The position numbers and the translations under genes were made by a program. From Candidatus Omnitrophota bacterium (lineage in GTDB: Bacteria; Omnitrophota; Gorgyraeia; 2-01-FULL-45-10): a stretch of DNA of 59,524 bases. Of this stretch, positions 52,453 through 59,524 are shown in pieces. The notes beneath the pieces were generated by a model, which saw only the letters and a list, made by a program, of their open reading frames with translations, made no database searches and was not told the origin of the DNA. The stretch covers positions 1 to 59,524 of the forward strand of contig JAGOLR010000006.1 of assembly GCA_017993955.1 (NCBI GenBank), read 5' to 3'. Each line of letters starts with the position of its first letter. Position 1 is the stretch's first letter.

Positions 52453-55400
52453 ACCGACTTATGGTATTCCTGCAAAGGCTTAACGACCGCCTTTGGTTTC
52501 TTTATAAGATTCTCGATGCCGTTTACCGAGGCTTGAGCGCCGGATACTGTCGTGATGAGCGGCACGTTATACAATATGGCATTGGATCGTATCTTCATCT
52601 CGTCTTCCTTGGTGGCTTTGCCGGAAGGCGTGTTGATGATGAGGTGAACTTTGTTATCTTTTATCAGGTCTATTACATTGGGTCTGCCTTCGTGCAGTTT
52701 GGGCAGGACCTGGACATTGATATCGTTACTCTTAAGCGCATCCGCAGTTCCGGAAGTCGCCATGATCTTGAACCCGAGATCGACGAGTTTCTTCGCGACG
52801 AATACTATATTTCTCTTGTCCTGGTTCTTTACGCTTATAAAGACATTGCCTTTTACCGGAAGCTTCTGTCCGGCGGCGAGCTGACTTTTCGCATAGGCCG
52901 CTCCGAAGGTCGTGTCGATACCCATAACCTCGCCCGTCGATTTCATCTCCGGTCCCAGGATGGCATCTACCCCGGGGAACCTGACAAACGGGAATACCGA
53001 TTCCTTTACCGTTACGAAATTTATATGCTTCTCTTTAGTGAATCCGAGTTCCTGCAGTGTTTTGCCGAGCATGATCTTGGTAGCCAATTTCGCCAAAGGC
53101 ACTCCTATGGCCTTGGATACGAAAGGTACGGTGCGGCTAGCTCTCGGGTTGACCTCTAGTATGTAGACTATGTTGTTTTTTACCGCATACTGGACATTCA
53201 TAAGCCCTTTTACTTTAAGCTCAAGGGCCATGGCGTAAGTGTTACGTTTTATCTCTTCTATGATATCTTTACCAAGGGTATGAGGGGGCATCACCATAGC
53301 GCTGTCGCCGGAATGTATCCCCGCCTCTTCTATGTGTTCGAGTATCCCGCCTATGACGCATGTCTTGCCGTCGCATATGGCGTCCACGTCGACTTCGATG
53401 GCGTCTTCCAGGAATTTATCTATCAATATAGGCCTTTCCGGGGACGCTTCGACAGCCTTCTCCATATAATCTGCTAAGCCCTTTTCCTCGTATACTATCT
53501 CCATGGCGCGGCCGCCCAGTACGTAGGAAGGTCTTACGACTACCGGATACCCTATGCGGGAGGCTACTTTCTGGGCCTCCTCGAATGAAGTGGCGGTACC
53601 GTTATCGGGCTGGACAAGTTTTAATTTTTTAAGCATCTGCTGGAACCTTTTTCTGTCCTCGGCTATGTCTATTGAGTCGGGACTCGTCCCGAGTATGTTA
53701 AGGCCTGCCGCGGACAGCGGTCCTGAAATATTGAGAGGCGTCTGCCCTCCGAACTGGACTATCGCGCCGATCGGCTTCTCGATATCGACGATATTCAAGA
53801 CGTCTTCTACGGTAAGCGGCTCAAAATAGAGTTTGTCGGAAGTGTCGTAGTCAGTAGATACCGTCTCCGGGTTGCAGTTTATCATGATGCTTTCGATGCC
53901 TTCTTCCTTAAGGGCGTAAGAAGCGTGGCAGCAGCAGTAGTCGAATTCTATACCCTGCCCTATCCTGTTTGGGCCACCGCCCAATATGAGGACCTTCTTG
54001 TTTTTAGTGGGTTCGCTTTCGTCCTTGGTTTCGTATGTAGAATAGTAATAAGGTCTCTTGGCCTTAAATTCTCCGCCGCATGTGTCGACTAACTTGTATG
54101 CGGTCTTTATATTCTTTTTGATCCTCGCTTTTCTCACGTTGGTCTCCGTAGAATTTAGAAGGAAGGCGAGCTGGACGTCCGAAAATCCGAACTTCTTTGC
54201 CTTGAGAAAAAGCTCCCCGGGCAGCCTGACGTCGTCTTCCTTGTCCGTATTTTTATATCTCTTTATATCTTCTTCGGTCTCGACTATCTCTTTAAGGTTG
54301 TCGATAAACCACCGGTCCACCCTGGAGAGATCATATATCTCGTCGGTGGTCAATCCGAGCTTTATTCCGTAACGTATGTAAAATAATCTGTCATCGTTGG
54401 GGGTGCGTATCTTCTCTTTTATTTCGCTTATCAAATCCTGAGAGGCCGCGGTTAACATAGAGTCCGTGATCTTGTCTCTGCCGTCAGAGCCCAGGCCGAA
54501 CCTTTTGGACTCTGTAGAGCGGATGCCTTTCTGAAGGGCCTCTTTGAAGTTCCTGCCTATAGACATCGCCTCTCCCACCGCCTTCATTGATGTATTCAGT
54601 ATTCTTTTGGTGCCGGGGAACTTCTCGAATGTGAACCTGCAGATCTTGAACACACAGTAATCTACCGTAGGTTCGAAAAATGCCGTGGTGCGGCCGGTAA
54701 CTTCGTTCAGCACCTCGGGAAGGGTCAATCCTATCGCGAGCTTTGTCGCTACGCGCGCTATCGGGAATCCGGTAGCTTTGGAAGCGAGCGCCGAACTTCT
54801 CGAAAGGCGTGGGTTTACCTCTATTATAACTATCTTGCCGTTATCCGGGTTTTGGGCGAATTGTATATTGGCTCCGCCGCCCGTTATGCCTATCTTTCTT
54901 ATTATCTTTTTCGATAGATTTACGAACTGGAGGTATTCCTCGGCGGTGAGGCTTTGAGACGGGGCCACAACGGCCGAATCGCCTGTGTGCACGCCCATCG
55001 GGTCGACGTTTTCCATTGATGTTATCATTATAACGTTATCTGCGCAGTCGCGCATGACCTCGAACTCTATCTCTTTCCAGCCGAGCACGGATTGTTCTAC
55101 AAGGACTTGGTGAACAGGGCTTATTTCCAGGGCGTTTGCCAGAGCCTTTTCGAGCTCTTCCCTGTTGTAAGCGGTGGCGCCGCCCGATCCGCCAAGGGTG
55201 TATGCGGGCCTGAGTATGAGAGGGAAACCTATCGCAAGGCCTATCTTCATCCCTTCCTCAACGTCCGTAGCGATGCCGCTCTTCGGCACATCGATGCCTA
55301 TTTCGACCATGGACTTTTTAAACAATTCGCGATCCTCGGCTCTGGATATGGCTTCTACGTTTGCGCCGATAGCTTCCACGCCGTATTTTTTAAGTATACC

Positions 55401-55715
55401 CTGTTTCATAAGGAAGAACGCGAGGTTTAGCCCCGTCTGGCCTCCCAGGGTCGGGAGTATGGCGTCCGGCTTTTCTTTTTTGATTATCTCGGTTACCGCC
55501 TCCACAGTAAGGGGTTCAATGTATGTGACATCGGCCATATTGGGGTCGGTCATGATCGTGGCGGGGTTTGAGTTAACCAGTATAGTGTAATACCCCTCTT
55601 CTCTAAGGGCTTTACACGCCTGAGATCCGGAATAGTCAAATTCACATGCCTGGCCTATCACTATAGGGCCGGAGCCTATCATCAGTATCCTGCGGATATC
55701 CTTACGCTTTGGCAT
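52446..55715 (-). CDS. carB: Carbamoyl-phosphate synthase large subunit
   Basis: [30 protein letters not shown] and duplicated ATP-grasp halves, MGS-like C-terminus. Confidence 0.95.
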   Translation of the reverse strand: MPKRKDIRRILMIGSGPIVIGQACEFDYSGSQACKALREEGYYTILVNSNPATIMTDPNMADVTYIEPLTVEAVTEIIKKEKPDAILPTLGGQTGLNLAFFLMKQGILKKYGVEAIGANVEAISRAEDRELFKKSMVEIGIDVPKSGIATDVEEGMKIGLAIGFPLILRPAYTLGGSGGATAYNREELEKALANALEISPVHQVLVEQSVLGWKEIEFEVMRDCADNVIMITSMENVDPMGVHTGDSAVVAPSQSLTAEEYLQFVNLSKKIIRKIGITGGGANIQFAQNPDNGKIVIIEVNPRLSRSSALASKATGFPIARVATKLAIGLTLPEVLNEVTGRTTAFFEPTVDYCVFKICRFTFEKFPGTKRILNTSMKAVGEAMSIGRNFKEALQKGIRSTESKRFGLGSDGRDKITDSMLTAASQDLISEIKEKIRTPNDDRLFYIRYGIKLGLTTDEIYDLSRVDRWFIDNLKEIVETEEDIKRYKNTDKEDDVRLPGELFLKAKKFGFSDVQLAFLLNSTETNVRKARIKKNIKTAYKLVDTCGGEFKAKRPYYYSTYETKDESEPTKNKKVLILGGGPNRIGQGIEFDYCCCHASYALKEEGIESIMINCNPETVSTDYDTSDKLYFEPLTVEDVLNIVDIEKPIGAIVQFGGQTPLNISGPLSAAGLNILGTSPDSIDIAEDRKRFQQMLKKLKLVQPDNGTATSFEEAQKVASRIGYPVVVRPSYVLGGRAMEIVYEEKGLADYMEKAVEASPERPILIDKFLEDAIEVDVDAICDGKTCVIGGILEHIEEAGIHSGDSAMVMPPHTLGKDIIEEIKRNTYAMALELKVKGLMNVQYAVKNNIVYILEVNPRASRTVPFVSKAIGVPLAKLATKIMLGKTLQELGFTKEKHINFVTVKESVFPFVRFPGVDAILGPEMKSTGEVMGIDTTFGAAYAKSQLAAGQKLPVKGNVFISVKNQDKRNIVFVAKKLVDLGFKIMATSGTADALKSNDINVQVLPKLHEGRPNVIDLIKDNKVHLIINTPSGKATKEDEMKIRSNAILYNVPLITTVSGAQASVNGIENLIKKPKAVVKPLQEYHKSVK

Positions 55716-56841
55716 ATGCCACCTCACGGTCTTTTTTGGAGTTCTTTGGAAGCTTTGCGGTTTTTGCCTTGGCCGCCGGTATCATATTCAGGAATCTTAG
55801 GAATACATTATTGACTTCGTCGAATCCTGGGCTTGCCGGGTAATATTGAGTGGAGATGAGTTTTAGGCCCCTACCCTCCATCTCTTCGACTGATTTGTCG
55901 TTTACGTTGCGCAAAGTTATCTTTAACTCTTTGCGTGATGTAAGGGAATCCGCCTTCACTACATAGGCGTGGTTTTGTACGGTTATATGGCCTTTAAAAG
56001 AGTTATCAGGCTTGACGGGATAATTCACGCCCCGGTGTCCTAGCCGCATCCTTTCCAGTTTCCCACCCAGAGCCATGGCTATGACCTCGTGTCCGGTAGA
56101 TATGCCCAATAATGGGACATTCCCGAGCAGGGATCTTACGTTCTGGGCTACCAGCCTCAGCGCTTCGTCGTTCTCGGGGCCATTCGATATGATGACGCCG
56201 TTGTAGCCTTTGCTTAAGATCAAAGCGGGATCGGTATCGTAAGGCAGTAGGGTTATATCGCAGCCGAGAGTGGTCAATTGCTTTATAAGGCTATTGGTCG
56301 TTCCCAGGTCTATGATTGCTATTTTGGCACCCTTACCCTTGATCTCGAATGGTTTTTTAACGGAGATCTTTTTAACGAAGTCTGCCTTAGCGGATTTTTT
56401 GTATTCTTTTATCTTGGCAAGGAGCTCTTCTTTCTTTGCGCTCTTTGTGGATATTATGCCGAACATCTCGCCCTTGTCCCTTATGGTGACAGCTAGGGTT
56501 CTGGTGTCTATGTCACTTATGGCCACGACCCCTTCTTTTTTTACGAATTCATCGAACGATCCCTCCGCCTGCCAGTTAGAATATATCCTCGACGGTTCTT
56601 TTATAGCAAGGCCCGATATCCAGCATTTGTCGGACTCGTTGAACTTCTTTGCTACGCCGTAGTTGCCTATCAGCGGATAGGTGAGGACCAGTATCTTCCC
56701 TGCGTTAACCGGGTCGGTCATAAGTTCCTGATACCCGACGACCGCCGTGTTCAGGACAACTTCGCCTATCTTCTCCCCTTCAACCCCTAATGACTTTCCC
56801 TCAAAAGAGCTTCCGTCTTCCAGAACGAGAATGGCTTTCAT
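55702..56841 (-). CDS. carA: Carbamoyl-phosphate synthase small (glutaminase) subunit
   Basis: [19 protein letters not shown]...; GISTGHEV region; 14-nt overlap with carB; GAAGGAAAA SD before ATG 56841. Confidence 0.95.
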   Translation of the reverse strand: MKAILVLEDGSSFEGKSLGVEGEKIGEVVLNTAVVGYQELMTDPVNAGKILVLTYPLIGNYGVAKKFNESDKCWISGLAIKEPSRIYSNWQAEGSFDEFVKKEGVVAISDIDTRTLAVTIRDKGEMFGIISTKSAKKEELLAKIKEYKKSAKADFVKKISVKKPFEIKGKGAKIAIIDLGTTNSLIKQLTTLGCDITLLPYDTDPALILSKGYNGVIISNGPENDEALRLVAQNVRSLLGNVPLLGISTGHEVIAMALGGKLERMRLGHRGVNYPVKPDNSFKGHITVQNHAYVVKADSLTSRKELKITLRNVNDKSVEEMEGRGLKLISTQYYPASPGFDEVNNVFLRFLNMIPAAKAKTAKLPKNSKKDREVAYAKA

Positions 56842-56881
56842 ATCGTTTTCCTTCGTATTGTTCAAGTCACGAACTAAAAAC

Positions 56882-56913
56882 AAAAAAACCAGCGAAGACG
56901 ATAGTCCCGCTGG
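56882..56913 (-). terminator. Intrinsic terminator/attenuator hairpin in the carA leader (CCAGCGGGAC-tatc-GTCTTCGCTGG + T7)
   Basis: Stem with U-run located ~40 nt upstream of carA ATG and ~145 nt downstream of a consensus promoter. Confidence 0.55.
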
Positions 56914-57063
56914 CCTATAAATTCAGGTTCCCAGAGCTTTTTAGTTTGGCTGTACTTGGAGCTCCCCGTAGTGGTAAACATTAAAACGATCCGTATATCT
57001 ACTCATGTTAATATGTGATCACACTCCAGTAATAAGGAAGCGTGCATTGTCCTGACGCGATGC

Positions 57064-57092
57064 ATTGTAGCATGAGGAATTCGGCGTGTCAA
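57064..57092 (-). promoter_or_regulatory. Sigma-70 promoter TTGACA-N17-TACAAT
   Basis: Perfect -35, 5/6 -10, 17-nt spacer on - strand, ~215 nt upstream of carA. Confidence 0.6.
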
Positions 57093-57115
57093 GTTTCGTG
57101 TTTGAAGCCCGGCTT

Positions 57116-58657
57116 TTACGTTACAAAGAGATTCCGCGACGAAAACTTGCCATCCGTAGTGAGGTTGACCCCAAGCATCTTCAAACCGACCTCATCGCCC
57201 GGGGTTGGTATGTGGGTCATGTGGACTTCAGTGCCGCGAAGTTCAGATAGCTTCTTCATGGCTATCTCCGCGGTGTGGTTGGTCGGCGCGCTTACGGACA
57301 AAGCTATCAACATCTCCTCGAGGTCGAGGCTCTCCGAATCTCCGTGCAGCACCCCTTCCTTCAGCGCGGCTATCTGATTTATGATATTCGGCGATATAAG
57401 CAGTATCTCATCGGGTATATTGGCCATTACCTTTACAGCGTTTAGTACAAGCGACGAAGCGGCATGCATAAGATTGGAATTCTTTCCCGTTATCATCCTG
57501 CCGTCTTTTAACTGCATGGCCGCGCCGCAGAATATACCCGAATGACCCTTGCCGTTCTTTTCGGCCTCCTCGGCCGCTTTCCGGGCGGGTTCCACAACTG
57601 CCCTATCCGTCACCCGGATGCCCATCCCTTCCATAAGAACGAGCGCCCTGTCAACGGTCTCTTTCTTTTCTATTCCCATCACATACTCGGCGTTATACCT
57701 GAAGTAGCGCCTTATAAGCTCCTGTTTTGCGGCCTCCTGCACTATGGCGTCGTTTACTATACCGAAACCGGCCCGGTTGACCCCCATATCAGTGGGAGAA
57801 TTATACATCGGCGTGTCGGCATTCTTATCAAGTATCTTAGTAAGTATCAGCTTCAATATAGGGAAACTCTCTACGTCGCGGTTGTAGTTTATGGCGATCT
57901 CGTTATATTTTGAAAGGTGAAAAGGGTCTACGAGGTTAAAATCCAATATATCCGCAGTGGCGGCTTCGTATGCGACATTTACAGGGTGTTTTAAAGGCAG
58001 GTTCCATATCGGGAATGTCTCAAACTTAGCATAGCCGGCCTTTATTCCGCGCTTATGCTCGTGGTATAGCTGGGAAAGACAGGTGGAGAGCTTGCCGCTA
58101 TTTGGACCCGGCGCGGTAACTACTACTATGGGGTTTTTGGTCTCGATGTAGTCGTTCTTGCCGAACCCGTTATCGCTTACGACCTTATCTATGTCTGTGG
58201 CGTAATTTTCTATCGGGTAGTGGTAATATACCTTTATACCGCGTCGCTCCAGTTTGTTCCTGAATGTCACGGCCGAAGGCTGGTTGTTGAACCGCGTTAT
58301 CACCACCGCAAGTATATCGAGGCCCCATTTGCGCAGGTCGTCTATGAGCTTAAAAGTGGCAGCGTCGTATGTGATGCCGAAGTCGCCGCGGACCCGGCCC
58401 TTTTCGATGTCACCGGCATATATGGAGAGGACTATATCTATCTTGTCTTTTAATTTCTGGAGCAGTCTTATTTTGACGTTTGGGTCGTATCCCGGGAGGA
58501 CGCGGGCGGCGTGGTAGTCGTAACAGAGTTTACCGCCGAATTCGAGATAGAGCTTGTTGGTGAACTTTTTTGCGCGGTCGGTGATGGCCGTCGTCTGTTC
58601 GCTGAGGTATTTGTCGTTATCGAAACCGACCTTTGAGGGTATGTTCTGCTTAACCAT
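57116..58657 (-). CDS. DUF1846 (UPF0371) family protein
   Basis: GFDNDKYLSEQTTAI...LYLEFGGKL..DYHAARVLPGYDPN typical UPF0371 N-terminus; 513 aa. Confidence 0.85.
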   Translation of the reverse strand: MVKQNIPSKVGFDNDKYLSEQTTAITDRAKKFTNKLYLEFGGKLCYDYHAARVLPGYDPNVKIRLLQKLKDKIDIVLSIYAGDIEKGRVRGDFGITYDAATFKLIDDLRKWGLDILAVVITRFNNQPSAVTFRNKLERRGIKVYYHYPIENYATDIDKVVSDNGFGKNDYIETKNPIVVVTAPGPNSGKLSTCLSQLYHEHKRGIKAGYAKFETFPIWNLPLKHPVNVAYEAATADILDFNLVDPFHLSKYNEIAINYNRDVESFPILKLILTKILDKNADTPMYNSPTDMGVNRAGFGIVNDAIVQEAAKQELIRRYFRYNAEYVMGIEKKETVDRALVLMEGMGIRVTDRAVVEPARKAAEEAEKNGKGHSGIFCGAAMQLKDGRMITGKNSNLMHAASSLVLNAVKVMANIPDEILLISPNIINQIAALKEGVLHGDSESLDLEEMLIALSVSAPTNHTAEIAMKKLSELRGTEVHMTHIPTPGDEVGLKMLGVNLTTDGKFSSRNLFVT

Positions 58658-58665
58658 TAGGCAAA

Positions 58666-58694
58666 ATTATACAGTTTGTGAGGCATCGTGTAAA
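58666..58694 (-). promoter_or_regulatory. Sigma-70 promoter TTTACA-N17-TATAAT, 8 nt from the DUF1846 ATG
   Basis: Read on - strand; no SD in the 8-nt gap. Confidence 0.5.
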
Positions 58695-58716
58695 GGAGAA
58701 AATTCTTACCACGTCC

Positions 58717-58752
58717 GTCATTGCGAGGAGGCCGGAGGCCGACGAAGCAATC
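58717..58752. repeat. Palindromic element copy f (left arm only: GTCATTGCGAGGAGGCC...CGACGAAGCAATC)
   Basis: No matching right arm; abuts the 205-nt TIR-bounded element. Confidence 0.6.
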
Positions 58753-58761
58753 TCTTGTATT

Positions 58762-58966
58762 AAAATTTTGGGTCCCCGCCTTGCCCGATGTCTATAGCTT
58801 GCAGTCGAGGCAGGCTGCCGCGACCTCGTCTTTTGTTATATAGGGGCTTTCAAGGGCCTCGAGGCGTATATCAAAGCTTGAATAGGACTACCAATCCGGT
58901 CGTGTCCCCCCTAGCGCCGTAGAGCCCCTATGCGACAAAAGCCTCGGTCGCGTCACCCAAAATTTT
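58762..58966. other. 205-nt element bounded by perfect 12-nt inverted repeats (AAAATTTTGGGT / ACCCAAAATTTT) with long internal imperfect hairpin; MITE or structured RNA candidate
   Basis: Arms 58819-58848 and 58924-58953 pair over ~30 nt with a few mismatches; GC-rich relative to surroundings; no ORF. Confidence 0.4.
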
Positions 58967-59009
58967 CTTTATTTTTCGATACTGACCTTTATCCCTTACT
59001 CTTTCTTAA

Positions 59010-59147
59010 TTATGAACAACAACCCGGCTTCTTCGGTTCGTCCTTATTGGTGTTGCCGGTGCCGCAACAACAGCTGCTTTTTTTTCTGCAATAAAAGAAA
59101 CCGGCCGCGACTATCGCTATTATTACCAATGCTATCAGAATTGACAT
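59010..59147 (-). CDS. 45-aa single-TM protein with Cys-rich tail (FeoB-associated Cys-rich membrane protein-like)
   Basis: MSILIALVIIAIVAAGFFYCRKKSSCCCGTGNTNKDEPKKPGCCS; AAGGAGG SD 5-6 nt upstream; not in ORF track (<60 aa). Confidence 0.45.
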   Translation of the reverse strand: MSILIALVIIAIVAAGFFYCRKKSSCCCGTGNTNKDEPKKPGCCS

Positions 59148-59160
59148 ATCCCCTCCTTTT

Positions 59161-59524
59161 TTATTTTTCTACTCTACCTTCCACATCTATGACATCATCG
59201 TAATCTTTCGGTTGCGACTTGGGCGGCATCCGGTAAAAACTCCCTGTCTTTATCGATATGGACGGTGTTAATAAAACGTTCAGGAAAAAACTTATGACGC
59301 TAAATATGATAGACGCCCAGAAGGCGTTCCAGAAACTGACTATGTGGAACCCTTTAACGAATTTCGCGGCCAGATAAAATAATGAACCGTTTATGAATAG
59401 CGTCAGGACGCCGAGAGTGAGTATGTTAAAAGGCAGTGTAAGCATTATTAACGCAGGTTTCAGGAATGCGTTCAGAAGCCCTAGGACCAGGGCCGCGACT
59501 ATTATCGATTCCCAGGAATCGACG
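59161..59524 (-). CDS. Phage-holin-family-4-like (YvlD/PF04020-like) membrane protein, 5' end outside window
   Basis: Frame open to window edge: VDSWESIIVAALVLGLLNAFLKPALIMLTLPFNILTLGVLTLFINGSLFYLAAKF. Confidence 0.6.
   Translation of the reverse strand, partial: VDSWESIIVAALVLGLLNAFLKPALIMLTLPFNILTLGVLTLFINGSLFYLAAKFVKGFHIVSFWNAFWASIIFSVISFFLNVLLTPSISIKTGSFYRMPPKSQPKDYDDVIDVEGRVEK

Noticed and set aside
50023-55590. + strand ORFs of 110-230 aa within guaA and carB
   Set aside because: They are antisense to highly conserved housekeeping genes and so are spurious.
56914-57056. Known riboswitch or PyrR-binding loop in the carA leader
   Set aside because: By eye there is no match to the purine, ZTP or PRPP motifs or to the PyrR UCCAGAGAGG loop. 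A partial resemblance to the glutamine riboswitch (ACGG...AAGUA) breaks down at the P1 stem. It is kept only as an unassigned leader, pending a covariance-model scan.
1-59524. Searched for tRNA/rRNA genes, transposases, integrases, and toxin-antitoxin or known phage-defence gene sets
   Set aside because: None was recognised. The ORF6N and four-helix-bundle genes are the only mobile-associated cargo, and one of them is decayed.

Overview
This 59.5-kb window appears to come from a diderm, probably uncultivated bacterium. I saw no rRNA, tRNA, CRISPR, transposase or integrase.

**1 to 16.8 kb (+ strand).** Genes overlap tightly and the region looks AT-richer by eye. It is a Wzx/Wzy-type exopolysaccharide locus. 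It holds a BY-kinase tail, an SDR epimerase, a flippase, a PP-loop-like protein and pyruvyl- and acetyl-transferases. It also holds GT4 enzymes (one a double fusion), an O-antigen-ligase-like/beta-helix fusion, a CE4 deacetylase and a GT2. It ends in an exosortase and a separate EpsI gene.

**16.8 to 22 kb.** A repeat-bounded insertion (ORF6N gene plus a decayed four-helix-bundle gene) follows the EPS locus. After it, a sigma-54-type promoter precedes a priming sugar transferase and four tandem PEP-CTERM proteins. The priming transferase itself carries an N-terminal signal peptide plus a complete PEP-CTERM-like module. I rate this the most unusual feature in the window.

**22 to 35 kb.** This stretch has membrane and TPR proteins, a His-less DHp-like mini-protein, an NtrC-type sigma-54 activator with an atypical receiver, and a PocR-GAF protein. 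It ends with a five-gene operon that looks like an uncharacterised envelope export module:
- a CTG-initiated TPR + beta-barrel protein
- a 1547-aa FecR-domain / Gly-Tyr-Trp repeat protein
- a SurA/PrsA-like lipoprotein
- a TM-HAMP protein
- an HExxH protein

**35 to 59.5 kb.** Mostly housekeeping genes on the - strand: yjbQ, SYLF, glgC (on +), radical SAM, mnmG and LOG. There is also a ParA-like ATPase fused to a CBM48 glycogen-binding domain. A DUF1846 gene is followed by carA-carB-purF-guaA-purSL-purQ. That six-gene run encodes only glutamine-amidotransferase systems and sits behind a promoter, leader and terminator.

**Intergenic space.** It carries a GTCATTGCGAG...CTCGCAATGAC palindromic element family (6 copies) and 7-nt-period tandem arrays, one of them in-frame inside purQ. 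Four near-consensus promoters lie only 7-10 nt from their ATG, which suggests leaderless mRNAs.

All family assignments come from reading motifs by eye and need HMM or structure confirmation.
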